Shown: positions 16,838-28,310 of the stretch, in pieces
How the letters are laid out: every line of letters starts with the position of its first letter
Numbering within the stretch: position 1 is the stretch's first letter
Source: Syntrophales bacterium
GTDB lineage: Bacteria; Desulfobacterota; Syntrophia; Syntrophales; UBA8958
Reading direction: 5' to 3'
NCBI GenBank assembly: GCA_035358955.1
Contig: DAORXN010000003.1
Location: 104,884-168,883 of the forward strand
Length of the DNA stretch: 64,000 bases
Notes under the pieces: generated by a model
Database searches by the model: none
What the model was told of the DNA's origin: nothing
Seen by the model: the letters and a program-made list of their open reading frames with translations, nothing else
Program-made: the position numbers and the translations under genes

Positions 16838-18399
16838 AGTTCTTTTACCTCCTTCATGTACTTGATCCGGCCTTCCCTCACCATGGTTGTCTTCAGCGCC
16901 TCGATCCAAAAACGCATGGCTTCCGCCTTTTTCATCTGCAGCAGGGTTTCTCTGATGGTAGCCTTTTTCTGCGCCAATTCCTGGTCCGTGGGGGGGATCC
17001 AATCTTTTAACTGAAGCACGAGGTACCCGTTGCCCGAGGGAATGGGTTTTTCCACCACTCTATTTTGGGGGCTCAGGCGGGAGAGGACCGAATACACGTC
17101 CGTGGCACTTCCCAAGTTGGAAGGGGGAGAAGTGACAACAAAAAGCCCCGTTTCCGAAAGGGGCAGGTTTTTCCCCCTAACTATGTTCTCCAGGGTTTCT
17201 CCCTTTTTCATCCTTGCAATTATCGCCTCCGCTTCTTGGAAGGCCTGTTTTTTTGCTTCTTCCTCCAGGTACCTTTTCCTGACTTCTTGCTCTACGGTGG
17301 CGAAGGGTGGACTGTGGGCCTCTTTTCTGGCCACCACCTGCAGGATGACATAACCATCGTCGGTCGAAAGGACGCGGGATATCTCTTTGGGTGGTAAAGA
17401 AAACACGATCTTGGCCAGGTCCCGAATGCCCTTTAGTTCACTAGGCAGGTTATTTTCATCGAAGAAATCGGTCGTTTTTATTTTCAGGTTGTGCTTGGCG
17501 GCATAGGCTTCGAAATTTTCCATCTGGTATATTTCATCGTGGGCTTTTTTGGCTTCCCCGTAAGCGATTTGCATGCCCTTTGATTTCTTTATTTCTGCCA
17601 CGATTCTTTCTTCCGCTACCTTCTCTTTCACCCGCAGGCGGTAATCGTTGATCTCGTCTTTTTCCACCACCACCTTATCCGTATAACAGCTCGCGTAAAA
17701 AGGCATGTATCTTACCTGCACGCGGGTGGGAACTCGGAACTCCCCTTCGTGGGCTTTAAAGTATGTTTCTAATGCCGGGCGATCTGGTTTTATGTGACGG
17801 GCAAATTCCGATGCTGGGATCTGACATTTGAGTAAGTTTACCTTGGCATTTCGTGATTGGTAGTATTCCTTGATTTCTGCCTCGGTGACGTGAATGCCGT
17901 CCAGTATAAGTTCTTCCAACTTGGCGGCAGTTAGGTTCTTTCGCTGCATGTCTTCGAACTCTTCCGGCTTTATCTTGTTTAACCTGAGCATTCTCTGGTA
18001 GAGGGCTTCGTCGAAGACGCCGTTTCGTTGAAAAGCGGGGATGGAAGCAATGCTCTTCCTCAGCTCCTCATCCGAGACCTTGATCTTCATTTCCTCCGCC
18101 TTTTTCATGAGGAGGGTGTCGTAGATCATCTTGTTTAACACCTGTTCTTTCAGGTTCATGGACCGAATCATTTCCTCGCTGAGGAGTCCGCCGAATCTTT
18201 GCCGGTACATGTCTATCAGGTCTTGATATTGACGGTTGAATTCGGCCTGGGTGATTATTTTCCCGTCGATCGAGACGATGGCTTCGGCCCGGTGCCTTCC
18301 CCCCATAGATCCGAAATAGAGGACAAAAACGACGATAATGATGCCCAGAAGGACCTTCATCATCCAGTTTCTGGCATGTTTTCTCATCAAGTTGAGCAT
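16834..18399 (-). CDS. ppiD: Periplasmic chaperone / peptidyl-prolyl isomerase, PpiD-like
   Basis: The N-terminus MLNLMRKHARNWMMKVLLGIIIVVF is typical of PpiD, and a long SurA-like body follows. A GAGGGAG RBS lies 5 nt upstream of the ATG at 18399, so the ORF-track start at 18453 is probably an over-extension. Confidence 0.8.
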   Translation of the reverse strand: MLNLMRKHARNWMMKVLLGIIIVVFVLYFGSMGGRHRAEAIVSIDGKIITQAEFNRQYQDLIDMYRQRFGGLLSEEMIRSMNLKEQVLNKMIYDTLLMKKAEEMKIKVSDEELRKSIASIPAFQRNGVFDEALYQRMLRLNKIKPEEFEDMQRKNLTAAKLEELILDGIHVTEAEIKEYYQSRNAKVNLLKCQIPASEFARHIKPDRPALETYFKAHEGEFRVPTRVQVRYMPFYASCYTDKVVVEKDEINDYRLRVKEKVAEERIVAEIKKSKGMQIAYGEAKKAHDEIYQMENFEAYAAKHNLKIKTTDFFDENNLPSELKGIRDLAKIVFSLPPKEISRVLSTDDGYVILQVVARKEAHSPPFATVEQEVRKRYLEEEAKKQAFQEAEAIIARMKKGETLENIVRGKNLPLSETGLFVVTSPPSNLGSATDVYSVLSRLSPQNRVVEKPIPSGNGYLVLQLKDWIPPTDQELAQKKATIRETLLQMKKAEAMRFWIEALKTTMVREGRIKYMKEVKEL

Positions 18400-18542
18400 T
18401 TCAACTCCCTCTCGATTGTCTTTAATGTCCCCACATAATATAACCCCGGCCACAAATCAAATATAAAAAGGGTGTGGGAAGGCCTCCTTTTTAAAGGCTG
18501 GGTCAAAATAAAAACATTGCCGGACGGCAAAAAATGAGATAA

Positions 18543-19625
<1,083 letters not shown>

Positions 19626-19652
19626 GGAGAGAGGCTCTCGGGTGATTAGGTC

Positions 19653-20465
19653 GTGACCAGGAAATTTCGCACCCCGATTATCCTGCTCTTCGTAGGGGTG
19701 TTCCTTTTCTCTTTTACCGTCTACAATTTTTATCACGACGAGCATGTTTCTTTCTTCCGCCAAATAGTCATCGAGGGCGCTACAATAGTGAGAAATGCCC
19801 TCGACTATCCTTTGAAGGCAGCCAAAAATGCCTGGGAGAGGTATATCTTTCTCGTCGGGGTCGTGGAAGAAAACCGGAAATTGAAGAAAGATATCGATCG
19901 ACTCGTCTCCCAACTCGCAAATTATAAGGAGGCCGATGAGGAGAATAAACGGTTGCGCAGTCTCCTCAAGCTAAGCGAGGAGATCCGCTTCCGACATGTC
20001 GTGGCTCGGGTTATAGGTGTCGATAGGAAATCCGTCGTCAAGGCAATGATTATCAATCGCGGCTCTATAGATGGGGTCAGGAAAAATGATCCCGTCATCA
20101 CGGATCGCGGGCTCGTGGGGCGGGTGACGGAAACCTCTTGGCGGGTGTCGCGGGTTTTACTCTTGATCGATGAGACGAGTAACGTCGATGCTATCGTCCA
20201 GAATTCTCGTGTTCAGGGTATAGTGCAGGGAACGGGACATGGCTGTGCGGTCAAGTACGTGGGAAAGGTGGATGAGGTGAAGGTAGGGGATGCCGTAATT
20301 ACCGCGGGCATCTCGCAAATCTTCCCCAAGGGTCTTCTGATCGGTCACGTAAGCCGGGTAGATTGGAGGGAGGGAGGCATGTTCAAAAAGGTGGAAGTGG
20401 ATCCGGCCGTAGATTTTTCCCGCCTTGAAGAGGTGATGGTATTGCTCATTCATGATGGTGGGTGA
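19653..20465 (+). CDS. mreC: Rod shape-determining protein MreC
   Basis: 270-aa ORF with an N-terminal TM segment, a coiled coil and beta domains (GLVGRVTE), in the expected position after mreB. Confidence 0.85.
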   Translation: MTRKFRTPIILLFVGVFLFSFTVYNFYHDEHVSFFRQIVIEGATIVRNALDYPLKAAKNAWERYIFLVGVVEENRKLKKDIDRLVSQLANYKEADEENKRLRSLLKLSEEIRFRHVVARVIGVDRKSVVKAMIINRGSIDGVRKNDPVITDRGLVGRVTETSWRVSRVLLLIDETSNVDAIVQNSRVQGIVQGTGHGCAVKYVGKVDEVKVGDAVITAGISQIFPKGLLIGHVSRVDWREGGMFKKVEVDPAVDFSRLEEVMVLLIHDGG

Positions 20466-20974
20466 TGGTTGCTTATTTTGTCGTGCCCCTCTTCCTTTTT
20501 TTGCTGGTAGTAGTCCAGAGTCTTCTGGCGGATGTCTTGTTCCGCGGGCTCTGCCCTTTAGAAATTTCCCTCATTGTCGTAATTTACCTGGCCCGGCGGG
20601 TGAATTTATGGAGAGGCGTCATAATTTGTTCCTACTTGGGTTTTCTCATGGATGGTGTCACCGGGACCGTGACGGGTACCTACATGTTCATCTATTTCTT
20701 GGTGTTCTGCATCTCTTATTTCGTCTCCCGCCATCTATACGGGGAAGGGGATGGATTCATTATGATGCTCGTATTCTTTTGGGGGGTGGTGGAGGCTTTG
20801 CTTCTTCTTTCCTTTAAGTCTATGTTTTTCGGTGCCTTTTCCCTTTCAGGGTGGTGGGGATTAATGTTTCCTCAGGTCATCCCTCTTTGTGTGCTGGGGC
20901 CGTTTGTCTTCCGCCTGGCCGATCGATGGGGTATTGTCCATGGATTTAATGAACGGTCGCCTGAACGCCCCTGA
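20462..20974 (+). CDS. mreD: Rod shape-determining protein MreD
   Basis: 170-aa polytopic membrane ORF directly after mreC, overlapping it by 4 nt. Confidence 0.75.
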   Translation: MMVAYFVVPLFLFLLVVVQSLLADVLFRGLCPLEISLIVVIYLARRVNLWRGVIICSYLGFLMDGVTGTVTGTYMFIYFLVFCISYFVSRHLYGEGDGFIMMLVFFWGVVEALLLLSFKSMFFGAFSLSGWWGLMFPQVIPLCVLGPFVFRLADRWGIVHGFNERSPERP

Positions 20975-22769
20975 TCGGCGGGACTACAGGGGTCGCCTTG
21001 CCGTATTTTTTGCCCTCGTGATGGTGGCCGGTCTTATCATTTTCGGTCGCTTGTTTTATCTGCAGATTATAAAGGGTGATGAGTATCGCCTGCGCTCCGA
21101 GAATAACAGCGTAAGATTGAGGAAGATCAAACCCGTTCGGGGGGTGATCTTTGATGCGAACCGCCGGGTCATAGCCGATAGCGAACCTTCGTTTGACCTT
21201 GTTTATCTGCCCAAAAAGAGAGAAAGCATCAAGCCCATATTGGATAGAGTGGAAAACGTCTACCACCGTTACGGCCTAACCCCCCAATTCGACCTTATTC
21301 CCTCCGATTACCTACAGCCGTTTGTCCCCGTTCGGTTGGAAAGAAACATTTCCTGGGAAAAAATCGCGATCATCGAAACCAATATCCTCGAATTGCCCGG
21401 GGTGGCCGTAGAGCCCACCGCCATCCGCAGCTATAAGGCAGGTGAGATGATAGGGCATCTCGTGGGCTATATCGGGGAAGTAACGCAAGATGAACTCGGG
21501 CAGAAGGACTGGGCCAATTGCCGCATCGGGGACATTGTCGGAAAAGGTGGAGTCGAACGGGCTTACGACGTTTATTTGCGAGGCACGAGTGGTGCCGAGC
21601 AGGTGGAGGTAAACGCCGTCGGCAAGGTGGTAAGATCGCTGGGCAAAATCGAACCTATACCGGGGTGCAATGTGGTTTTAACCGTCAATTTAGACGCTCA
21701 GGAGGCAGCGTGGAGGGCCCTGCAGGGCCGTCCGGGGGCGGTAGTCGCCATTGACGTGAGAGATGGTTCGGTTTTGGCCCTCGTTAGCTCGCCTTCGTTC
21801 GACCCCAATCTCTTCTGTGTAGGGATCAGAGCCAAAGAGTGGCAAAAACTGGCGGGTAATCCTTGGCACCCTCTGAAAAATAGGGCCGTCTCTGGTCAGT
21901 ATCCACCGGGTTCAACATTTAAGCCTTTCGTCGCTTTGGCGGCCCTGGAGGAGAAGGCGATCGAAGAAAATACACGGTTTTTCTGCAACGGGACCTTCCA
22001 GTTGGGGACCAGGGCTTATCGGTGCTGGCAAAAACACGGCCACGGTTGGGTAAATCTCCATCGAGCCATAGTCGAGTCCTGTGATGTGTATTTCTACAAC
22101 TTAGGAAAGATTTTAGGGGTTGATCGCATGGCCAAATACGCGAAGATGTTTGGGCTGGGAGAACCCACGGGGATAGATTTACCTTGGGAGAAGGGGGGGC
22201 TTATCCCCACCAAGCAATGGAAGTGGGAAAGGATGAAAAAGCCGTGGCATTTGGGGGAATCGATTCCTGTCGCTATCGGTCAGGGTTACGATTTGGTGAC
22301 CCCCCTTCAGCTCGCGGTAGCCTATGGGGCCATAGCCAATGGGGGCATCGTCTATAAACCTCATGTGGTGAGACAGATCGAAGAACCGGATGGGCGCGTC
22401 ATTAAATCGTTTGCCCCAGAGATAAAGAGAAAAGCGGCTATTTCGCCTGAGGCCCTTTCTGTTGTCCGGCGTGGGTTATGGGGGGTGGTGAATGAAGGGG
22501 GAGGAACGGGGCAGGCGGCCCGGCGGCTGACCAAGGATGTGGCCGGGAAGACGGGAACGGCCCAGGTAATAAGTCAGCCGGAGCGGGGGCGCACCCTATC
22601 TGCCCGTTTTCGAGACCATGCCCTTTTCGTTTGTTTTGCCCCTTACGAGCATCCAGAAATTGCCGTTTCCGTCATCTTAGAAAATGCGGGTCATGGCGGG
22701 GCGGTGGCGGCCCCGGTGGCCAAGGCCGTAATTGACGCATACTTTGCAAGTCAAAAGCATCTGCATTAA
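20940..22769 (+). CDS. mrdA: Penicillin-binding protein 2 (elongasome transpeptidase)
   Basis: SxxK motif (GSTFKP), SxD/KTG region (AGKTGTAQ), and the expected position after mreBCD. The start is set at an internal Met to limit the overlap with mreD. Confidence 0.9.
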   Translation: MDLMNGRLNAPDRRDYRGRLAVFFALVMVAGLIIFGRLFYLQIIKGDEYRLRSENNSVRLRKIKPVRGVIFDANRRVIADSEPSFDLVYLPKKRESIKPILDRVENVYHRYGLTPQFDLIPSDYLQPFVPVRLERNISWEKIAIIETNILELPGVAVEPTAIRSYKAGEMIGHLVGYIGEVTQDELGQKDWANCRIGDIVGKGGVERAYDVYLRGTSGAEQVEVNAVGKVVRSLGKIEPIPGCNVVLTVNLDAQEAAWRALQGRPGAVVAIDVRDGSVLALVSSPSFDPNLFCVGIRAKEWQKLAGNPWHPLKNRAVSGQYPPGSTFKPFVALAALEEKAIEENTRFFCNGTFQLGTRAYRCWQKHGHGWVNLHRAIVESCDVYFYNLGKILGVDRMAKYAKMFGLGEPTGIDLPWEKGGLIPTKQWKWERMKKPWHLGESIPVAIGQGYDLVTPLQLAVAYGAIANGGIVYKPHVVRQIEEPDGRVIKSFAPEIKRKAAISPEALSVVRRGLWGVVNEGGGTGQAARRLTKDVAGKTGTAQVISQPERGRTLSARFRDHALFVCFAPYEHPEIAVSVILENAGHGGAVAAPVAKAVIDAYFASQKHLH

Positions 22770-23572
22770 TCATGGGAAAGAATCAGGTGAACAGGGGTAC
22801 CCGTTTGGATCCCGAATTTATCCGCCGCGCTTCCTAAGGGGGCAAATAGTTCCAAAAACCCCGCGCTGTTGAACAGGCAGGCCAACTCCTCGGAAGTATC
22901 CGTGTAAAATCGGGCGGGTTTAATGACCCTCTCCTTGAGAAGGACGTGCTCCACCTTGAACCCGAAAGGCACGTCTTTTTCCGAAAGGTTGGTAATGGCA
23001 TTCCCGAATCGATCGATGTATATCACCTCGCCAGTTAGGCGGTTTTCTTCTCTCAGGGGTCGATGTACGGATATGATGGTGAGATCCTCTACTTCCGGGC
23101 CGAATTCGGCCATATCTACGCCCCTTGCCAACCTTGCGGCAACGGGAGCAAATACATCTCGTCCGTGAAAAGTCTGACTTATCGGGTGTTTGAGAATGGG
23201 TAGGTGGGTTATGCTTACGGCGCGGTATTTGCCTTTTTCCTTTTCTAGGATGGACGAAAAGATGCCATTATCGGGTCCGACAAAGAAGTGTTGATATGCA
23301 GAAACGATGACCCCTCGACGGCCGGATCCTACCGTCGGATCTACCACGGCCAGGTGCACGGTCCCGGTGGGGAAATAAGAGAAAGAGATGCCCAGGATAA
23401 AGGAAGCGCAGGTTATGGACTGGGGCGGCACTTCATGGGTAATATCCACGATCGTTACGTTGGGATTCACCGATAGAATAACCCCTTTCATTTGCGCCAC
23501 GTAAGGGTCAGAAGTGCCAAAATCTGTCGTCAGGGTAACGATCATGGAAGGCTTACGCCAAAGGGAAAACAC
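22766..23572 (-). CDS. SAM hydrolase / SAM-dependent halogenase family protein (DUF62)
   Basis: 268-aa ORF with an N-terminus VTLTTDFGTSDPYVAQMKGV typical of the 5'-deoxyadenosine-forming SAM hydroxide adenosyltransferase family. Confidence 0.8.
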   Translation of the reverse strand: MFSLWRKPSMIVTLTTDFGTSDPYVAQMKGVILSVNPNVTIVDITHEVPPQSITCASFILGISFSYFPTGTVHLAVVDPTVGSGRRGVIVSAYQHFFVGPDNGIFSSILEKEKGKYRAVSITHLPILKHPISQTFHGRDVFAPVAARLARGVDMAEFGPEVEDLTIISVHRPLREENRLTGEVIYIDRFGNAITNLSEKDVPFGFKVEHVLLKERVIKPARFYTDTSEELACLFNSAGFLELFAPLGSAADKFGIQTGTPVHLILSHD

Positions 23573-23588
23573 CCCTATTTCTAAAAAA

Positions 23589-23663
23589 TGGTAGTCCCAA
23601 GGGGAGTTGAACCCCTGTTTCCGGCGTGAGAGGCCAGCGTCCTAACCACTAGACGATGGGACC
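23589..23663 (-). tRNA. tRNA-Glu (anticodon CUC), CCA encoded
   Basis: The reverse complement GGTCCCATCGTCTAGTGGTTAGGACGCTGGCCTCTCACGCCGGAAACAGGGGTTCAACTCCCCTTGGGACTACCA folds by hand into a cloverleaf. The acceptor stem is 7 bp, the anticodon loop is CTCTCAC and the T-loop is TTCAACT. Confidence 0.9.
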
Positions 23664-23720
23664 TTATCCTTGATGAGGGCCATCTTCTATGAAATTAAAG
23701 GGCAAAAGTCAAGGTCGATT

Positions 23721-25136
23721 TTATCCGGCGGTCGCATCTATATACTGAACGGCTGTCTCTAAGCGCTTCAAAACCCTATTTTGCCCCAGGGTCAGCATCA
23801 CCTCGTCGAGCCCCGGGCTTACCGTTCTGCCCGTGAGGGCCACGCGTAAAGGTTGGGCAATGACCTTAAGTTTGATGCCGTTTGCTTCCGTGAAGGTGTG
23901 GAAGAATTTTTCCAGGCCGGTCTTCGAATAATCCGTCCATGATCTTAAACTATCGGCCAAGGCCACGAAATAGGGTCTTACTTGCCTTGTGAGATATTTA
24001 GAGGCCGTCTCCTCATCGTAGGTCAAGTCTTCAACGAAATAAAAGGCCGCCTGCTCGGTCATTTCTATGAGGGTTTTGGCGCGGGGTTTCAAGTCTTGAA
24101 TAATTTTTTTTAGGTAGTTTTCGTCGGAAAGATCGTAGCCTTTCTTTTCCCAGAAGGGTTTCACCCTCTCGAGAAGCTTATCCAAGGGATATTCGCGAAT
24201 GTAATGCTGATTTAGCCAAAGGAGTTTGTCCGGGTTGAAGACGGCCGGTGACTTTCCAACCCCATCCAGATCGAAGTAGGCGATGAGTTCATCGAGAGAG
24301 AAAATTTCCTGATCCCCGTGCGACCAGGAAAGGCGGACGAGATAATTTACCAGGGCTTCCGGCAAGTAGCCCATTTCTTTGTAGGCCATAACCGATGTGG
24401 CGCCGTGGCGTTTGCTTAAGCGTGTTTTGTCGGCGCCCAAGATCATGGGGACGTGGGCAAATTTTGGAACGGGGAAACCTAAGGCTTCGTATAGGAGGAT
24501 CTGGCGGGGAGTGTTGTTTACGTGGTCGTCTCCACGAATCACGTGGGTAATTTTCATCAGGGCATCGTCCACGACGACGGCAAAGTTGTAAGTAGGGTAT
24601 CCGTCGGAGCGCTGGATAACCAGATCGTCAAGCTCCTCGTTTTGAAAAACAATGTCTCCCTTTATGAGATCGTGAACGATGGTGACGCCTACTTCCGGGG
24701 AACGGAAACGGACGACGGCACCAGGAGTTTCGGGCAGATTGCGATCCCGACATGTTCCATCGTATTTGGGTTTCTTGCCTTCCGCCAGGGCTTGTTTTCT
24801 CTTCTTTTCTAACTCCTCCGGCGTGCAAGTACAGAAGTAGGCCTTGCCTTCCCTGATGAGTTTGGCCACCATTTCTCGGTAGGTGTGGATTCTCTCTGCC
24901 TGAAAATAGGGACCTTCGTCCCAGGTGAGGCCAAGCCACGTCATGGCGTCGAGGATGGCCCGGGTGGATTCTTCTGTTGACCTGAGCTGGTCGGTGTCTT
25001 CGATCCGCAAGACAAAGACGCCCCCGTGATGGCGGGCATAAAGCCAGTTGAACAAGGCCGTCCGCGCCCCACCGATATGTAAATAACCCGTTGGGGAAGG
25101 GGCAAATCTGGTTCTTACCAAAGGTTTGCTTTCCAT
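23721..25136 (-). CDS. gltX: Glutamyl-tRNA synthetase
   Basis: 471-aa ORF with a HIGH motif ([13 protein letters not shown]) and a KMSKS-like motif (RLSKR). Confidence 0.95.
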   Translation of the reverse strand: MESKPLVRTRFAPSPTGYLHIGGARTALFNWLYARHHGGVFVLRIEDTDQLRSTEESTRAILDAMTWLGLTWDEGPYFQAERIHTYREMVAKLIREGKAYFCTCTPEELEKKRKQALAEGKKPKYDGTCRDRNLPETPGAVVRFRSPEVGVTIVHDLIKGDIVFQNEELDDLVIQRSDGYPTYNFAVVVDDALMKITHVIRGDDHVNNTPRQILLYEALGFPVPKFAHVPMILGADKTRLSKRHGATSVMAYKEMGYLPEALVNYLVRLSWSHGDQEIFSLDELIAYFDLDGVGKSPAVFNPDKLLWLNQHYIREYPLDKLLERVKPFWEKKGYDLSDENYLKKIIQDLKPRAKTLIEMTEQAAFYFVEDLTYDEETASKYLTRQVRPYFVALADSLRSWTDYSKTGLEKFFHTFTEANGIKLKVIAQPLRVALTGRTVSPGLDEVMLTLGQNRVLKRLETAVQYIDATAG

Positions 25137-25291
25137 TTTCTTAAGTAAACAAAAACCCCTGTCGCCACGGGGTCTATTTCTATATAGGTTTCACGGGACT
25201 GACTTGTCAAGATTTAAATTGTGCTTGACAAGCTTCGCATTTTGTAATTAATCCCACAAATTCATAGTGGATCGAGCGAGGCAATTAATAA

Positions 25292-25834
25292 GTGAAGATT
25301 ATAGTTTCGTGTCTACCGGCGGAGGGCTTGCGCTTACCCATCACCCTGGAACAGGGTTGGTTAGAGGGGACGTTTGCCGAGTTCGGAGATGAGATTTCTT
25401 GTTCCGGCCCGGTGAAGGTTTCGGTAGAGGTAAGAAAGATGGGCACCACGGTGGTCATTAACGGTTCAGTTTCGACGCGGCTCATCTTGCCCTGTGCCCG
25501 GTGTTTGGAGCCCGCCGATTTTCCCATCGATGCCGACTTCCGTTACGTCATGGTGCCGGAACCTTCAAGGTACCAGGCAGATATGGAGTTAACCGCCGAA
25601 GATATAGAATACGGATACTATGCGAACGATTGCATCGATCTCTTGCCCCTTGTCTATGAGCAGATTTGTCTGCAGCTACCGATGGTCGTCCTTTGTCGGG
25701 AGGACTGCCGGGGTATCTGTCCTCATTGCGGGCAGAATTTGAACTACGGAGTCTGCACCTGCCGGGAGGAGGAGATAGATGTGAGGTGGTCGCAATTGAA
25801 AGGTTTAGTAATCGAAAAGGCCAATAACAGCTAA
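25292..25834 (+). CDS. YceD/DUF177 family protein
   Basis: 180-aa ORF with paired CxxC motifs (CARCL, CPHCG), immediately upstream of rpmF as in many bacteria. Confidence 0.8.
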   Translation: MKIIVSCLPAEGLRLPITLEQGWLEGTFAEFGDEISCSGPVKVSVEVRKMGTTVVINGSVSTRLILPCARCLEPADFPIDADFRYVMVPEPSRYQADMELTAEDIEYGYYANDCIDLLPLVYEQICLQLPMVVLCREDCRGICPHCGQNLNYGVCTCREEEIDVRWSQLKGLVIEKANNS

Positions 25835-25847
25835 GAGGTAAAAGGTC

Positions 25848-26033
25848 ATGCCAAATCCAGTAAAGAGACATTCCAGAACGAGAAGAAATCAGAGGCGGGC
25901 TCACGATTTCCTTGCGAGTCCCCCCGTTTCGCGATGTCCTCAGTGTGGCAGCCCCAAGTTGCCTCATCGGGCATGCGCCCAATGTGGTTACTATAAGGGT
26001 CGGGAAGTAATAGCCGTCGAGAAGGGAGAATGA
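25848..26033 (+). CDS. rpmF: 50S ribosomal protein L32
   Basis: 61-aa ORF beginning MPNPVKRHSRTRRNQRRAH, with a CPQCG...CAQCG zinc ribbon. Confidence 0.9.
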   Translation: MPNPVKRHSRTRRNQRRAHDFLASPPVSRCPQCGSPKLPHRACAQCGYYKGREVIAVEKGE

Positions 26034-26779
26034 TCATCGATCTCCACGGCCGGGTGGCTTTGGTTTCTGGTGCCTCGCGGGGCATCGGTCGGGCGGTTGC
26101 CGTAAAACTGGCCCGGTCAGGTGCCTTTACCTACGTGAATTTTGTGAGTAATGAAGAGGCGGCGCGAGAAACCATGAAGATGATCCATGAGCAAGGGGGA
26201 GAAGGCGATCTGCTGAAATTCCCCGTCGAAGACCGCTTGGCCGTGGGAGAGGCCGTAAGAAAAATTATCGAGGAAAAGGGGCGGATTGACATTCTCGTCA
26301 ATAATGCGGGCATCTGGATGGGGGGCCCTTCTTTAAGATTAAGGGCAGAGCAGTGGAAGAGGGTAATGGAGGTGAATCTGGAGGGGACCTTCAACTTAAT
26401 TCAGGCCTCTGTACGGGCTATGATGAAGCAGAGATGGGGCAGGATTATCAATATAAGTTCCGTTATTGCCTTGAGCGGTAATAGTGGCGATGCCCTCTAC
26501 GGGGCATCCAAGGCCGGGATCGTGGGAATGACGAAGTCTCTCGCGCGGGAGTTTGCGTCCCGTAATATATGTGTCAATGCCGTTGCCCCAGGGTTCATCG
26601 AGACGGACATGACAAAAGACATCCCGGAAGAAATGAAGCGGGCCATGTGCGATATGATTCCCTTAAGGAGGCTGGGGCGGGCGGATGACGTGGCTGGCAT
26701 GGTCGCTTTCCTATCTTCGGAGGAGGCCTCTTATATAACGGGGCAGGTAATCCACATAAACGGTGGTTTATATATGTAG
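26030..26779 (+). CDS. fabG: 3-oxoacyl-ACP reductase
   Basis: 249-aa SDR with a GASRGIG cofactor motif and a YGASKAG catalytic YxxxK. It is followed by acpP and fabF. Confidence 0.9.
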   Translation: MIIDLHGRVALVSGASRGIGRAVAVKLARSGAFTYVNFVSNEEAARETMKMIHEQGGEGDLLKFPVEDRLAVGEAVRKIIEEKGRIDILVNNAGIWMGGPSLRLRAEQWKRVMEVNLEGTFNLIQASVRAMMKQRWGRIINISSVIALSGNSGDALYGASKAGIVGMTKSLAREFASRNICVNAVAPGFIETDMTKDIPEEMKRAMCDMIPLRRLGRADDVAGMVAFLSSEEASYITGQVIHINGGLYM

Positions 26780-26810
26780 TTACTGCACATTACAATGGAG
26801 GATGCAAGGT

Positions 26811-27047
26811 ATGACGTTGGAAGAAAAAGTCATAGATATCATTGTGGAGCAGTTGGGCGTAAGTAGAGAGCAGTGTGTCTTGGAGGCATCATTCATAGAA
26901 GATTTGGGAGCGGATTCTCTGGATATCGTGGAGCTCATCATGGAAATGGAGGAAAACTTCGGCATTCAGATTGCGGATGAGGAGTTGGAGCAGATTAGGA
27001 CGATTAAAGACGTGATCGACTTCCTCCGTTCCAAGGGGGTCAAGTAG
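26811..27047 (+). CDS. acpP: Acyl carrier protein
   Basis: 78-aa ORF from an internal Met, with the phosphopantetheine site [11 protein letters not shown]. Confidence 0.95.
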   Translation: MTLEEKVIDIIVEQLGVSREQCVLEASFIEDLGADSLDIVELIMEMEENFGIQIADEELEQIRTIKDVIDFLRSKGVK

Positions 27048-27058
27048 GGGGATTTATA

Positions 27059-28303
27059 TTGAGAAGGCGGGTGGTTGTTACCGGAGCCGGGGTACTTACC
27101 CCGGTAGGCAACGATGTCACTAAGATGTGGGAAGCCGTTTGCCAAGGCAAATCCGGCGTCGGCCCCATTACGAAATTCGATCCCACCTATCACGACACGA
27201 AAATAGCAGGGGAAATAAAAAACTTCGATCCCCTGGCCCATGTGAACAAGAAGGAATTGAGGCGGCTGGACGATTTCATTATTTACACCCTGGCGGCGGC
27301 GGATATGTTGATGGCCGAGACGGGATTTGTCGCCTCCGGGGAATTGGCCGAGAGAACGGGGGTGATCATCGGCTCGGCCATTGGAGGGGTGGCCTCCATC
27401 GAAGAAGAAAAGGAAACGTTAATGAACCACGGCCCGGGGAAAATTTCTCCTTTTGCCATCCCGGCTATTTTAGGCAATCTGGCCGCAGGGCAAGTGTCCA
27501 TCCGTTACAACCTTAAAGGCCCGATCGAATGCCCCGCGATGGCCTGTGCGGCAGGGGCCTATGGGATAGGTAGGGCCTTTCACGCCATTGCCTATGGCTA
27601 TGCGGATGCCATGGTGGCAGGGGGTGTTGATGCCGCGGTGACCCCTCTTTCCGTAGCCGCTTTCAATGCTATGCGGGCCCTTTCCCGAAGAAACGAAGAA
27701 CCAGAAAAGGCAAGCCGGCCTTTCGATCAGGGTAGGGACGGGTTCGTCATTGCCGAGGGGTGTGGCCTGGTTTTACTTGAAGAGCTGAATCAAGCCCTGA
27801 ACCGCGGGGCCAAAATATACGCTGAAATCGTGGGTTTTGCTTCGACAAGCGATGCTTATCACATGGCCGCGCCGCCACCGGGGCACGAAGGGGCAGCCCG
27901 CTGCATGCGGGAGGCGCTGGCCGATGCGGGGGTGGGGCCGGATGAGGTTGACTACATCAATGCCCACGGTACATCCACTCCTCTCAACGATCTTTATGAG
28001 CTCCAGGCAATAAAGTCCGTCTTCGGGGATCATGCGCCTCGGCTTGCCATCAGTTCCACGAAGTCTGTCATGGGCCACCTTTTAGGTGGGGCCGGCGGCG
28101 TGGAGGCGGTCATAACCGTAAAGGCCATCTGCGAAGACTTTGTTCCTCCAACGATCAATCTCGATTCACCGGATCCGGAAGTGGGGGATTTGGATCTGGT
28201 GCGTAATCGGGGCGTGAAGAGGGACGTAAGGGTGGCCATGTCCAATAGCTTCGGCTTCGGCGGTGCCAACGCCGTCCTCGTTTTTAAAAAGTATCAGGAT
28301 TAA
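27059..28303 (+). CDS. fabF: Beta-ketoacyl-ACP synthase II
   Basis: 414-aa ORF with a KAS II pattern (RRVVVTG, INAHGTSTPLND, SNSFGFGGANA) and a TTG start. Confidence 0.95.
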   Translation: MRRRVVVTGAGVLTPVGNDVTKMWEAVCQGKSGVGPITKFDPTYHDTKIAGEIKNFDPLAHVNKKELRRLDDFIIYTLAAADMLMAETGFVASGELAERTGVIIGSAIGGVASIEEEKETLMNHGPGKISPFAIPAILGNLAAGQVSIRYNLKGPIECPAMACAAGAYGIGRAFHAIAYGYADAMVAGGVDAAVTPLSVAAFNAMRALSRRNEEPEKASRPFDQGRDGFVIAEGCGLVLLEELNQALNRGAKIYAEIVGFASTSDAYHMAAPPPGHEGAARCMREALADAGVGPDEVDYINAHGTSTPLNDLYELQAIKSVFGDHAPRLAISSTKSVMGHLLGGAGGVEAVITVKAICEDFVPPTINLDSPDPEVGDLDLVRNRGVKRDVRVAMSNSFGFGGANAVLVFKKYQD

Positions 28304-28310
28304 TCGAGTG

